A stretch of 64,000 nt of DNA from Candidatus Thorarchaeota archaeon (GTDB lineage Archaea; Asgardarchaeota; Thorarchaeia; Thorarchaeales; Thorarchaeaceae): assembly GCA_030612005.1 (NCBI GenBank), contig JAUWOU010000003.1, positions 2,450 to 66,449 on the forward strand, given 5' to 3'. The position numbers and the translations under genes were made by a program. The notes beneath the pieces are model-generated. The model was not told the origin of the DNA, did not search any database, and saw only the letters and a list, made by a program, of their open reading frames with translations. Shown here piece by piece: positions 9,908 through 20,280 of this stretch. The stretch's first letter is position 1, and each line of letters opens with the position of its first letter.

Positions 9908-11165
9908 GAAATGGAAGGAATTCAAGAAAGAAAGTTCTGAACTCGTCCTCAGCAGAAAGCTCGATGTAGTTCAATTCACTTATTATCTTCTCTACCCTCT
10001 CACGATTCTTCTGAAGGAGTAAAAGACCTGCTCCTTTCACAGCACCATTTCTTACCTGAGTAATCTTTGCCCTGTCAAAAACTGGAAACATTCCAATTCG
10101 ATACACATCCTCAATCTTTAGATCAGAACCAAACACGCCTGTGAGAAGGATTTCAGTGATGTCTTTAGCTGAATAACCAGATCTCTTCAACAGCAATTCG
10201 ATAGCTCCTCTAATGGCAGCTTTGGACTGCTGAAGCATCCGAAGGTCTGTCTGTGCGATGAAAATATCTTTTCCAGTTTCAGTAGTATCTCCAAATGCGA
10301 GTATGTACTTTGCGACGTTGGTATCCAAGGACAACCACTTAGTTTTGATATCGCGGTTAAGAGACCCTCTTGGAAGAAATAAATCGGTATCAAGGAGAGA
10401 AGCCATTGCAGAAACGGCACCAGTACCACAGAGTCCTCTTGGTCTAACATCACCTATTACGGAGAACGTTGGTTGGTATGTAGTGGAATCGATTCGGACT
10501 TCATTTATTGCACCTTTCTCTCCGCCAAGACCACACTCAGTAGCCATACCCTCGAATGCAGGACCAGAAGCTGCAGAGGCAATCCAGATTCCATGAGGTG
10601 TAATTATTGAAATTTCAGTATTCGTACCAACATCAATTGTCATTCGGATTTCATTCATATCCAAGAAGTTACTGGCAATAAGAACAGCCACAGCGTCGGG
10701 ACCTATGAATGACTCAACAACAGGTGGTGAATAGCATGTGGTTTGTGTTAAGAAAAAATCAAGTCCAACTTCGTGTGCAGGAATTGAGATAGCATGCTTA
10801 TTCGTTGCTTTGAATGGAGGTCTCAGTAAGGAATCGAGGGGTAGGTCAAAGAATAGATGATGCATTACGGTATTCCCAACAATCGAAATATCTGAAACCC
10901 TTGGTTTTTCGATCTTACTTTCCTGCAAGACCCCTTTGATTCCATTCTGTATTGCAGCACGTATCATGTCGACGAGTATCTTCTGATTCATAGGATCTAT
11001 GGTCGAGAATCTCATCCGAGAAATAATGTCAGCCCCATACCGAACTTGAGGGTTCCTCATCAGAATCTGGTTGTGCACTGTATGGTCATCCAACTTGATC
11101 AATTGAATTGTGATATTTGTCGTACCAATGTCTACAGCAATTCCATACATGCTCGGTTCTGGCAA
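9897..11165 (-). CDS. ASKHA-fold ATPase-like protein (DUF4445/RACo C-terminal-like)
   Basis: 'GIAVDIGTTNI', 'DVGTNTEISI' and 'ASGPAFEGM' phosphate-binding motifs typical of the DUF4445 ASKHA domain. No ferredoxin domain. Confidence 0.5.
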   Translation of the reverse strand: MPEPSMYGIAVDIGTTNITIQLIKLDDHTVHNQILMRNPQVRYGADIISRMRFSTIDPMNQKILVDMIRAAIQNGIKGVLQESKIEKPRVSDISIVGNTVMHHLFFDLPLDSLLRPPFKATNKHAISIPAHEVGLDFFLTQTTCYSPPVVESFIGPDAVAVLIASNFLDMNEIRMTIDVGTNTEISIITPHGIWIASAASGPAFEGMATECGLGGEKGAINEVRIDSTTYQPTFSVIGDVRPRGLCGTGAVSAMASLLDTDLFLPRGSLNRDIKTKWLSLDTNVAKYILAFGDTTETGKDIFIAQTDLRMLQQSKAAIRGAIELLLKRSGYSAKDITEILLTGVFGSDLKIEDVYRIGMFPVFDRAKITQVRNGAVKGAGLLLLQKNRERVEKIISELNYIELSAEDEFRTFFLEFLPFPSK

Positions 11166-11193
11166 TGCACAACATCTCGATTGTTATTACTCC

Positions 11194-11646
11194 TTATCGA
11201 ACAATCATCACAGGACATGCAGCATGTTTGGAAACCTTGTCACTAATAGAACCAGTGAATAATCGTTTGAGTCCGCTTACACCTCTGGAGCCTATGATGA
11301 TGACATCTGCTTTTCGCTCAGTGGCGACATCGATGATTTGAGCTGCAGGGTCTCCATGAGAGATCATATCAATGACTTCACAACCACACTTGGTGGCTAA
11401 TCGTTTGGCTTTCTCCAGAATATCCTCACCGACCTTCTGAAGAGAGAGAAATGGTTGGTCTGAAACTGTATCATGATAGGGGGTAGCAGAAACTACCATT
11501 GGGACAACATGAAGTAAGACTATCTCTGCGCCTAAAGAAGGACCCATGGCGCATGCGTAACGCACCGCTTTCTCTGAATGTGCTGAGCCATCCACAGCAA
11601 CAAGGATGCTCTTAATTGTGAAGCGTTCGTCGGTTTCACTCATCAA
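11194..11646 (-). CDS. uspA: Universal stress protein (UspA family)
   Basis: 'ILVAVDGSAHSEKA...VLLHVV...VIIIGSRGVSGLKRLFTGSISDKVSKHAACPVMIV'. Confidence 0.9.
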   Translation of the reverse strand: MMSETDERFTIKSILVAVDGSAHSEKAVRYACAMGPSLGAEIVLLHVVPMVVSATPYHDTVSDQPFLSLQKVGEDILEKAKRLATKCGCEVIDMISHGDPAAQIIDVATERKADVIIIGSRGVSGLKRLFTGSISDKVSKHAACPVMIVR

Positions 11647-11771
11647 TCATCCGCTCTAAATCATAGATAGACTACCAGCCTTATCTCTCTTTCCCAATAT
11701 TTACTCGCCTGCTGTGAGTGAAAGAGCCTTATTCAAAATTTGAAAGAATATCAAGCAAGGAGAATCAGTAA

Positions 11772-12131
11772 ATGGATCTCAGCAAAATCAAGACTGAAGA
11801 AGATGTTGTCCGTGCAACCTTAGAAATCAAAGGATATACTGAGTTTGATGGCAGGGTCTATGCTGCGACTTTCAAAATTCCGAAGGGGAGAATCAGCACC
11901 TATGGAAGAGTCGCAAAGATGATTGGTAGTCCTAAAGCATTCAGAGCTGTGGCAAATTCCCTTCACAAGAATCCTCTCTTTCCAGTTGTTGCGTGTCATC
12001 GCGTTGTGAAAGGAGATGGTAGCTTTGGTGGTGATAAGGTCAGAGCAGAAGGAAGATGCAAACATTGTGAAGAAGAGGGAGTTCCCATCGCAAATGGAAA
12101 AGTGAAGATGAGTGAGAGTATCTTATACTAA
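11772..12131 (+). CDS. MGMT-family protein (O6-methylguanine-DNA methyltransferase DNA-binding domain only, COG3695-like)
   Basis: 'YGRVAKMIGSPKAFRAVANSL...VACHRVV' resembles the Ogt C-terminal domain with a (P/A)CHRV motif. Confidence 0.65.
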   Translation: MDLSKIKTEEDVVRATLEIKGYTEFDGRVYAATFKIPKGRISTYGRVAKMIGSPKAFRAVANSLHKNPLFPVVACHRVVKGDGSFGGDKVRAEGRCKHCEEEGVPIANGKVKMSESILY

Positions 12132-12157
12132 CCTCTTATTCTATACATTGATTCATA

Positions 12158-12640
12158 TTACCTTTCCAGTTCCACGCCAGCTTCTTCGTTCTCAGACCTT
12201 GTAAAATGCATATCCTGGGTTTTTGAGAACGCATCCTCTTCAAGCATAGTATGTCTTACTTTATGGAGTTCCCAAGTAAGCAGTGTCAATATGAATAGCA
12301 TAGTAATTGTTATTCCGAATGTAAGATTTGGTGATTCATAACCAGTTAACATTTCGAAAAGAGGTACTACAAGATAGACACCCCAATAGAAACTGACAAT
12401 GAGAAGAGGAAACAGGGATATACTGTCGAATAGAATATCTAGACTTCTTTGATGAGTTCGGTATGTTTCTTCATTATTCGCAGATATGCCAATCCATCTA
12501 AGTATTCGTTTTTGAATAAGAACATAAAAACCTAGTATAGAAACTAAAGAAAGGAATAGAATAGCAACTACCTGAAGTAAATCTAGAATATTAGTGCCCT
12601 CCAATTCTGTATTGCTGAGTAAGTCTTTCCGACTCTTCAA
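12158..12640 (-). CDS. Small integral membrane protein (4 predicted TM helices)
   Basis: Hydrophobic helices. No recognisable motif. Confidence 0.45.
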   Translation of the reverse strand: MKSRKDLLSNTELEGTNILDLLQVVAILFLSLVSILGFYVLIQKRILRWIGISANNEETYRTHQRSLDILFDSISLFPLLIVSFYWGVYLVVPLFEMLTGYESPNLTFGITITMLFILTLLTWELHKVRHTMLEEDAFSKTQDMHFTRSENEEAGVELER

Positions 12641-12681
12641 ATAATTCTATGCTTCATAGGGCCTGGAAACTTAATTGAGTT

Positions 12682-14220
12682 TCATTTACTCGCTTTCATA
12701 AGAGATTCAAATTGGACTGAACCCTTGATAAGAGTCCCTAGAATCTCGACAAGCTCTTTCTTCTGAACCCGCACCTGCTCCATTGAATCGCGGTCTCTAA
12801 TAGTGACAGTTCCATCTTCGATTGTTGTGTAATCGATGGTCACACAGAAGGGAGTACCAACTTCATCCTGTCTTCTATACCGCTTGCCTATAGAACCACC
12901 AACATCAAACTGTGCAACAAAACCTGCATCCATGACTGCTCCGAAAATCTCCTGAGCTGGGACTCTAAGTTCTGGTTTACCCATCAAAGGAAAAACAGCA
13001 ATCTGAATGGGAGCCACTTCAGGTGGAAATCGAAGCCAACTAGTATCACGCTCTTCACTTTCAGGCTGGAATGAATTATCAATCAGGCAGAAAAGAGGTC
13101 TCTCAATGCCGAAGGCGATCTCCAATACATTAGGTACAACTGGCTGCTTGTTTACCTTGACATGCAACTTTTCCTTCGAGAACTCCTGATGGCGTGTGAG
13201 ATCGTAATTTCCACGATCATGAACACCACAGCATTCAACCCATCCAAAACTGTCAGTGTGGATCTCAATGTCCCATGCGTCTTGAGCATAATGAGCTTTC
13301 TCAGTTTCCATGTGCTGACGAAGTCTCATCTTGTCTTCAGAGAAACCCATGTTTCGAAAGATGGAGTAAGCAAGATAGACACACCATGCATAAGCTTGTT
13401 TTTGAAAATGACCTTTCTTGAGTGCATCAGATATCGTCATTTTGACGGGGTCGGTTTTTCCTTTCTCCTGAGCCTGATAGGAAAGAAGAGGAAGTTCTAC
13501 ATCCTTGATAGCCTCAAACTGAGGCCAGTTTTGCTCATCTTCTTCAAGGATGAATATCTGACCCTCTGTCTGTGTGAACTCGCGAAGTCGCAACATACCC
13601 TGACGTGGGGAAATCTCATTGCGGTAAGCCTTACCAATCTGAAAGACAGACATCGGTAGTTTATCCCTGAAGAAGGTTAAGAATCGTCGGAAGAGCAAGT
13701 AAGTTGAAGTTGCTGTTTCAGGTCTCAAGTATGCATCTTGGTCTAGACCAAGTCTTGTCTTCATCATGAGGTTGTAAGAATCTACAGGACCGAGTGGACT
13801 CTTGCATGAAGCACAAACTATGCCTTGTTTTGTAATAATTTCTGTTAGCTCTTCCACAGATTTGCCAGCGATAAGAGTATCAGGGGCCTGCTCCTCAATC
13901 AGATTATCTGCACGAAATATCTGTCCGCATTTTGTGCATTTTGTTACAGGATCAATGAAACCATCAAGGTGACCTGATGCTTTCCAAACAGCAGCGGGTG
14001 AAACAGTTGGGCACTCGACTTCCCAGAAGTTGGCTCTAACAAAAGATGTTCGAATAGCATTCTCTAGACGATTCTTCAAGAGCTTACCGAGAGGTCCAAG
14101 GTCAAAGAATCCTGCGCTACCTCCATATATCTCTGGAGAGGGTCCCCAGAAGAAGCCACGTTTCTTGGCCAAGCCTGCAATGATATCACTAAATTCTCGC
14201 TCTGAACTCATGATGCTCAA
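12682..14220 (-). CDS. glyS: Glycyl-tRNA synthetase (archaeal/eukaryotic alpha2 type)
   Basis: 'KKRGFFWGPSPEIYGGSAGFFDLGPLG' is the GlyRS N-terminal signature. Class II aaRS core motifs are present. Confidence 0.85.
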   Translation of the reverse strand: MSIMSSEREFSDIIAGLAKKRGFFWGPSPEIYGGSAGFFDLGPLGKLLKNRLENAIRTSFVRANFWEVECPTVSPAAVWKASGHLDGFIDPVTKCTKCGQIFRADNLIEEQAPDTLIAGKSVEELTEIITKQGIVCASCKSPLGPVDSYNLMMKTRLGLDQDAYLRPETATSTYLLFRRFLTFFRDKLPMSVFQIGKAYRNEISPRQGMLRLREFTQTEGQIFILEEDEQNWPQFEAIKDVELPLLSYQAQEKGKTDPVKMTISDALKKGHFQKQAYAWCVYLAYSIFRNMGFSEDKMRLRQHMETEKAHYAQDAWDIEIHTDSFGWVECCGVHDRGNYDLTRHQEFSKEKLHVKVNKQPVVPNVLEIAFGIERPLFCLIDNSFQPESEERDTSWLRFPPEVAPIQIAVFPLMGKPELRVPAQEIFGAVMDAGFVAQFDVGGSIGKRYRRQDEVGTPFCVTIDYTTIEDGTVTIRDRDSMEQVRVQKKELVEILGTLIKGSVQFESLMKASK

Positions 14221-14293
14221 CTAGTTTGCATCGTCAGATAGTTGGGAAATAAACCCTATGGTCTTCTACTGAAATGATGTATTTCACAGTAGT

Positions 14294-14776
14294 TTAATCA
14301 TAACTACTGGAGAATCCCATCCGCCCACGACCATAATGGCGTGGTCTCCCTGCAGTATCGCGAACGAATAGATCATCTTCAATATATCCGAAGAGAAATC
14401 CGCTCATCAGATATTTTGTCAGTACTTCCCTGACATATTCTCTATCAAGACCAGTTTCCTGACTTATTTCAGAGATTGTGACTTCTTTTCGAACGGCAGC
14501 TATCTCAATGATGCTTTTTGTTTTGATTGTCTCTCTTCTTACACCTGGTATCATAGCTAAACCGATGATGAGCAGTAATATGCCTCCATATAGACTGACC
14601 CAAGATATTGTTTCAAAAATGGGGTCAAAAGAGGGAATAATGAAGACTAACATTAGCCCAATAACAACAGCCACGAATCCAAACATGATTAACAAACATG
14701 CGCCCGCGCTCCTACCAGAAACAAGTGACATGTTTCTAAATAATAATTGAAACAAGATAAATTGTGTGCGGAACAT
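14294..14776 (-). CDS. Membrane protein with a C-terminal winged-helix-like domain
   Basis: Two N-terminal TM helices, then 'VTISEISQETGLDREYVREVLTKYLMSGFL'. Confidence 0.45.
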   Translation of the reverse strand: MFRTQFILFQLLFRNMSLVSGRSAGACLLIMFGFVAVVIGLMLVFIIPSFDPIFETISWVSLYGGILLLIIGLAMIPGVRRETIKTKSIIEIAAVRKEVTISEISQETGLDREYVREVLTKYLMSGFLFGYIEDDLFVRDTAGRPRHYGRGRMGFSSSYD

Positions 14777-14826
14777 TCTTTTATGGAACCACCGATGTCA
14801 AGTATCAAAGATATCGAGGTTTCATT

Positions 14827-16089
14827 ATGGTCAAAGATTCAAAGGTTTCAGGATTTTACAAGTTATCACGAGAAGAACGTGTGAAGAAGCTGAAGGAAGT
14901 TACCGGTCTTGGTGATGAGGATCTCGGACCACTTATTGACCCTGGTAAAGTCGACATGGAAGTCTTAGACCACATGATTGAGAATGTCGTTGGAGCAATG
15001 ACTCTTCCACTGGGAATTGCGACAAACTTCAAGGTTAACGGTCAGGATTATCTCATTCCCATGGCTATTGAAGAACCATCGGTTGTCGCAGCTGCAAGCA
15101 ATGCTGCACGAATGGCAAGAGACCTCGGTGGATTTACTGCAACAGATACAGGTCCACGAATGATTGCGCAGATACAGACTGTTGAAGTTCCTACACCCTT
15201 CGCAGCAAAGGACAAGATCCTTGAAGTGAAGGAAGAACTTCTGGAATTAGCAAATGAACAGGATCCGATTCTCATCAAATTTGGTGGTGGAGCAAGAGAC
15301 ATCAGAGTGAGAATTATCGATACATCAGTTGGAGTCATGCTCATCTGCGAGTTGATAGTTGATTGTCGTGATGCGATGGGCGCTAACGCAGTCAATACAA
15401 TGGCTGAAGCCCTTGCACCTCGAATTGAGAAGATAACTGGTGGAAGGGTGATTCTGAGGATTCTATCTAACCTCGCTGAATTCAGGCTTGTACGTGTAAG
15501 AGCCACCTTCGACCAGAAACTGCTAGGTGGAGAAGAAGTAGTTAACGACATTATCGCAGCTTGGGCATTTGCTGAAGCAGATCCGTACAGGTGTGCCACA
15601 CACAATAAAGGTATCATGAATGGAATTGATGCGGTTGTGGTAGCAACTGGTAACGACTTCAGAGCAATTGAAGCAGGAGCTCACAGCTATGCTGCAGTTG
15701 ATGGTTATAGCTCACTAACAAAGTATGAGAAGGATCCAGAGGGTAATCTAGTTGGTTCGATTGAAATCCCTATGGCTGTAGGTCTCGTGGGTGGTGCTAC
15801 AAAGGTGCATCCTGTTGCAAGAGCGTGTGTAAAGATTCTTGGAGTGAAGACAGCTCTTGAATTGGCTCATATAATTGCGAGTGTCGGACTTGCACAGAAT
15901 TTAGCTGCACTGAGAGCCTTGGCATCCGAAGGCATTCAGAAAGGACACATGGCACTTCATGCACGTAATGTTGCTGCAACTGCTGGTGCTCGTGGAGAAC
16001 AAGTAGACATTATAGCTGAGAAACTTGTCAAGGAAAAGAATGTCAAAGTTGAACGAGCAAAGGAATTACTTGAGGAATTGGGCAAATAA
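14827..16089 (+). CDS. hmgA: HMG-CoA reductase (class I)
   Basis: Class I HMGR blocks ('DAMGANAVNTM', 'GTVGG', 'HMALHARN'). The start is placed at the internal ATG 14827 (MVKDSK...), preceded by a GAGGT RBS. The upstream extension to 14764 overlaps the neighbouring gene. Confidence 0.88.
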   Translation: MVKDSKVSGFYKLSREERVKKLKEVTGLGDEDLGPLIDPGKVDMEVLDHMIENVVGAMTLPLGIATNFKVNGQDYLIPMAIEEPSVVAAASNAARMARDLGGFTATDTGPRMIAQIQTVEVPTPFAAKDKILEVKEELLELANEQDPILIKFGGGARDIRVRIIDTSVGVMLICELIVDCRDAMGANAVNTMAEALAPRIEKITGGRVILRILSNLAEFRLVRVRATFDQKLLGGEEVVNDIIAAWAFAEADPYRCATHNKGIMNGIDAVVVATGNDFRAIEAGAHSYAAVDGYSSLTKYEKDPEGNLVGSIEIPMAVGLVGGATKVHPVARACVKILGVKTALELAHIIASVGLAQNLAALRALASEGIQKGHMALHARNVAATAGARGEQVDIIAEKLVKEKNVKVERAKELLEELGK

Positions 16090-16216
16090 AATCATCAATA
16101 ATGTCGATATTTTGGAACACCTACGTCGGCACAACATATTTGTATAGCACAGACGAATTAGCACCTACCTACTCGGGTTCAGAGTAGATAATATTCGAGC
16201 TTAGAGGTCGAGACAC

Positions 16217-16951
16217 ATGGAAGACGAATGCGCTCAATGGGAACGTCTTGCGAATGAATTCTTAGAAGCTGAGAATTACTATCAAGCCGCAAACCAATTC
16301 AAACAAGCAGCTGCTTGCCACCTCGACCGTGTACTCGAGATGACAAAGAAAGCCGCGGAATACTACCATATGTATGCAGAAGAAAGCCTAGGGAAGGACG
16401 ACCATAGAGCTGCTGCAACTGCATACCTAGAGGCCGCAACACAGTACCGCCAAATTAGTGATTTTTCAACCGCGGTCACTCTCTATGAGAATGCAGCCAA
16501 AGAGGCTCTTCTAGAGAGGATGACTGAAACCGCAGCTCAGGCATATCTCTGGGCAGCGTATTCTTGCCACAAAACAGGTAATACTGAGTACTTTCTTACA
16601 GCAGCCCAAAATATGGGTAATCTCTACGATAAAGCTGCTGACAAGGCGATTGACAACGGAAATGCTGAGCGAGCAGTAATTGATCTCTCTCTAGCAGCAA
16701 TGGGTTTTGCAACCATTGAGAAAATGGATAAAGCAAAGGAACGAATTGAGAAAGCTAAGAAGATCATTGATAAAACTCGATGGAAATGGCTTCACACTCT
16801 CCTAAATTTCAGTTCAAATCTTGCGGATAATAAGCTCGAAGATGCTGGCGACCTTCTTAAGGCCTTCAATGAAGAAGAGGCAATTCAAGAAGTCATGGGA
16901 GCCTGTTTGAGCATCCGAGAGGATGCAGAAAAAGAGAAGCGGAGAAAGTAG
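16217..16951 (+). CDS. TPR-like all-helical repeat protein
   Basis: Repeated Ala/Tyr-rich helical hairpins ('YYQAANQFKQAAACH', 'AAATAYLEAATQY', 'AAQAYLWAAYSCH'). Confidence 0.5.
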   Translation: MEDECAQWERLANEFLEAENYYQAANQFKQAAACHLDRVLEMTKKAAEYYHMYAEESLGKDDHRAAATAYLEAATQYRQISDFSTAVTLYENAAKEALLERMTETAAQAYLWAAYSCHKTGNTEYFLTAAQNMGNLYDKAADKAIDNGNAERAVIDLSLAAMGFATIEKMDKAKERIEKAKKIIDKTRWKWLHTLLNFSSNLADNKLEDAGDLLKAFNEEEAIQEVMGACLSIREDAEKEKRRK

Positions 16952-16955
16952 AAAT

Positions 16956-18206
16956 CTATCCTACTCTCACCATCGTAGTCTTTACTACTTCCTGACCTGT
17001 TCTTCCATCTACCGCATGAATTGTCACAAGTTCGTCACCCTGACTGATTGCACGTACATAAATTTGGAAACGAATTTTTTCGCCACTTCCTATGAAATTA
17101 ATCAGCTTTTCTTCACTTCCAAGTGATATCTCCAGACCTTCAGATAGTTCAACAGTTACTAAGATTTTATCTGCAGGACCATCTCCACTATTCTTCAATT
17201 CAATCTGAAGTCCTGCGTCATCACCCAAGCTACAAGAAACTCGTTCTGGTAGTATTTGAAGAGCAATATCAGAAGGAGCTCGTGCAATGTTGAATTTGAT
17301 AACATTGCTATGCTTATGTACAAGTACCTGATCGCCCTCTAGAGTGACTGTATATGGACCGATTACTCCATCACCGCTCAAAACAGGTGTAAACTTGATA
17401 AGCCAAGATTCTTCCTTGGATGGAGGATTTCGAAATTCAGGTTCTTTCGCAATTATGACACTATTTGAGAGGGAAACGCGATGGTCAATTATATGGACAT
17501 CAGCAGGACACTTGTATTGGAGTTCAAGCTCAACCGTTGATTTAACTGGAATATCTTCTCGAACCTTGCCCGCCCAATCAAGGGTGACTTCAGTTTCAAG
17601 AGCAAGCCTTACAGAGTTTACAACAAAAGTGAGAAGTGCTTCTTCAGCAGTATTTGGTTTTGCACGACCTGCAACTTTCTCGAAAACCTTCTTCGTTATA
17701 TCAGAACCGTCACATAAAATAGTGACACATAATTTTGCAAGTTCGTAATTAGCATCAGTTTTCTGCGAGGATTCAACAAGTCGCTTCTCAGCTTTCCTCA
17801 TCAGGTTTGTAGCAGTTTCAAAATTCCTAGCACCCAAGTAACCTATAATTGCAATGCCTAGAGACCTATTTGATTCTCTTGCTTTCTTCTCACGGAATAA
17901 ATGATCTGAGGCTTCAGAGTACAAACTAGCTCCTTCATCAAATCGACCGTCAAGAAACAAACATTCTGCAGCTGCGGTTTTCAGCTCCGCACAACGATAG
18001 TGATCGTTACTTTCTAATGAACAAGATGCGGCTTCACGAAAATATTTGACAGCAAATTCAATCTCATCCTGTTCTTGGAACAATCGAGCTGCCTTTTCAT
18101 ATTCAGTACTTGCATAATCAGGATAGCCCTCTTCAATCTCGATTAGAGCTTTCTCAACACGTTTCCTAGCTTTTTTGAGTGGGTCAGACTTCAAGAACTT
18201 GAACAT
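16956..18206 (-). CDS. TPR-like N-terminal domain protein with a C-terminal beta-rich (Ig/CARDB-like) domain
   Basis: N-terminal helical repeats ('YEKAARLFQEQDEIEFAVKYFREAA'). The C-terminus is beta-strand-rich. It is convergent with 16217..16951 (stops 5 nt apart). Confidence 0.5.
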   Translation of the reverse strand: MFKFLKSDPLKKARKRVEKALIEIEEGYPDYASTEYEKAARLFQEQDEIEFAVKYFREAASCSLESNDHYRCAELKTAAAECLFLDGRFDEGASLYSEASDHLFREKKARESNRSLGIAIIGYLGARNFETATNLMRKAEKRLVESSQKTDANYELAKLCVTILCDGSDITKKVFEKVAGRAKPNTAEEALLTFVVNSVRLALETEVTLDWAGKVREDIPVKSTVELELQYKCPADVHIIDHRVSLSNSVIIAKEPEFRNPPSKEESWLIKFTPVLSGDGVIGPYTVTLEGDQVLVHKHSNVIKFNIARAPSDIALQILPERVSCSLGDDAGLQIELKNSGDGPADKILVTVELSEGLEISLGSEEKLINFIGSGEKIRFQIYVRAISQGDELVTIHAVDGRTGQEVVKTTMVRVG

Positions 18207-18336
18207 AGTTGCGTCCTCTCTTATCCTCTAAGCACATTGAGTGTGAAGTGAATGCGCTATATCGGTTTCGGCTGAAGTATTCATCTCTAGAACATTCGAC
18301 CAGATTCAAAAGGAATTCGTTATTCTGATAGAGTGT

Positions 18337-19551
18337 GTGAAGATTATGAGTTCTCAACCATATTACTGGACTGACCCGATGAAGGGAGAATTTGAGGTTG
18401 AAATTGAGTCCATTCTAGAAGCCAATGGTCATTGTTACGTAAGAATCAATGAGCAAGTATCGAAACCAGCTGGTGGAGGACAAGCGGGAGATAAAGGAGT
18501 CCTAATTATAGAAAAGAAAGAGTATGGATTTATCGATACAATACTTCTTGATGAAAACACAGTATTTGTGATGAAGAACTCGCCTTCAAGAAAAGGCAAA
18601 GCGCTCCTAAAACTCGATATGTCCTGGCGAAGAGCAATGATGACTAACCATACAGCGGAGCATATCTTTGTTGGATCTATGAAGAAGAAATATCCAGAAT
18701 TGAAACTTGGTTGGATCTGGGTTGATGGAGTTCACGGAACAGTAGTACTTGAAGGCAAAGTTATTCCACTAGAAGAGATATTGGATACTGAAACTGAGGT
18801 CAATAGATTGATTCACGATGAAATAGGTGTGACAACAATAGTAGTACAGGCCGCAGAAGTTGATGAATCTGTAAGAGCACGAGAAGGGGTCACGTCTAAG
18901 AACGATGCTATCCGGTTAGTGAATGTTGGAAAGTTTGATAGCTCAGCCTGCTCTGGCATTCATGTTACTAATACGAGAGAAATCCGTGCATTCAAAATCA
19001 CCGATGTCAAAGCACAAGAAGGAAACACACACATTGAATTTGTCACAGGAGAGATTGCTGTTGCTAATCTTGTGGAAATCTATAATATTGCATTGACTAG
19101 AAAATATAGCTACCCGTACGAGATTGAACAGCTTGGTGCTATCTTGGATAAGTCAAAAACGCTCCAGCTATCTTATGAAGAAGCGGTTGAGAAAATTCTT
19201 CAATTGATGAAAGAAGGACCTAACAAAGTGCAACTCGATACGGTCACATTCTGGTATGAATATCTGCCAGGATTTGAAATATCAACGCTAAGACACCTAA
19301 TCAAAGAGTTGAAACTCCAAGAACCATCCGTCACCCTATTCTTAACCACTGGGAAAAAGACAAACATTGTCCTGTGGACCAAGGGAATGCCAAAGGATGC
19401 AGCATTCTATATCATAGATATTGTGGAAAACCTTGGAGGGCGTGGTGGAGGAAGTGCTGATGCATATACAGGTGGATTCACCGATGTTGAGAATCCACAA
19501 GAACTGTTTCTTATGATAGTTGAGAGAGTAAGGAAGAAGATATTAGAATAA
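18337..19551 (+). CDS. alaX: AlaX-L type aminoacyl-tRNA editing protein (alanyl-tRNA synthetase editing-domain homologue)
   Basis: Zinc-binding editing motifs 'HTAEHIF' (HxxxH) and 'CSGIHVTNTREI' (CxxxH). Confidence 0.75.
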   Translation: MKIMSSQPYYWTDPMKGEFEVEIESILEANGHCYVRINEQVSKPAGGGQAGDKGVLIIEKKEYGFIDTILLDENTVFVMKNSPSRKGKALLKLDMSWRRAMMTNHTAEHIFVGSMKKKYPELKLGWIWVDGVHGTVVLEGKVIPLEEILDTETEVNRLIHDEIGVTTIVVQAAEVDESVRAREGVTSKNDAIRLVNVGKFDSSACSGIHVTNTREIRAFKITDVKAQEGNTHIEFVTGEIAVANLVEIYNIALTRKYSYPYEIEQLGAILDKSKTLQLSYEEAVEKILQLMKEGPNKVQLDTVTFWYEYLPGFEISTLRHLIKELKLQEPSVTLFLTTGKKTNIVLWTKGMPKDAAFYIIDIVENLGGRGGGSADAYTGGFTDVENPQELFLMIVERVRKKILE

Positions 19552-19568
19552 TCCCTTGTTGTTTCTGG

Positions 19569-20042
19569 TCACTTGAGACCAAACTTTGGTGCTATTTCGG
19601 TCCAGAACTTTTTAACTGCCCACGGTACTGCTAGGAATTCTTCTCTAAATCCATCGAAGTTAAGACCCTGAACCATCATTTCCTGAGATGATCCAATAAA
19701 TCCTTTTGATTTATTGTAATCAAAACAGACCTCTGCATATTTCCGATTGGCTAGGAGTAATTCAAGAAGAACATCAGCTCGCTTTTTATCAGGAATACTT
19801 GCAACTTTGTAAACTTCAGTGTATATCTGAATCCACTTTGAGCCGGGTTTAACGTAGATTGTATACTGGAAAGTATTAGCATCATCTGGTGTTGCAGTCT
19901 TGTTATCTTTCCTCTCACTGAAAACCAACTCGAAAACACTTTCTTTTGCGTTCCAAGTGTGTTTCATATTTAAGAGACCCAAGTAATCTTCAATCTGACT
20001 CTTTACGTCAACCATGAGCAACACTATGTTAGTAAAGACCAA
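19569..20042 (-). CDS. Hypothetical alpha/beta protein
   Basis: ORF only. Confidence 0.4.
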   Translation of the reverse strand: MVFTNIVLLMVDVKSQIEDYLGLLNMKHTWNAKESVFELVFSERKDNKTATPDDANTFQYTIYVKPGSKWIQIYTEVYKVASIPDKKRADVLLELLLANRKYAEVCFDYNKSKGFIGSSQEMMVQGLNFDGFREEFLAVPWAVKKFWTEIAPKFGLK

Positions 20043-20280
20043 GTCCTTGATTTAAGGGTTGTTTGCCGGGATTTCTGTTTTTTCCCAAAATATCTGGTAT
20101 ACTAGCTTCTAGTTACAGAATAATCGATTTTTGTATGTACTTTGTCATCCAAATTTACTTTCGGGTATCTCTCCGACCTTTGCAATTGTTCACTTGAAAG
20201 TATGGACACATGTAACAATGAACTTAGCGTAGAGATCTATCTTAGAAATCAGGTCCACCTTCAGACAGGGGTATGGCTAG

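Noticed and set aside
14764-14826. Upstream extension of the HMG-CoA reductase ORF
   Set aside because: Overlaps the start of the divergent gene 14294..14776 and lacks a canonical N-terminus. The internal ATG has an RBS.
15048-15617. 189-aa ORF antisense to HMG-CoA reductase
   Set aside because: Lies wholly inside a strongly supported gene on the opposite strand. Low-complexity Ala/Ser-rich translation typical of antisense frames.
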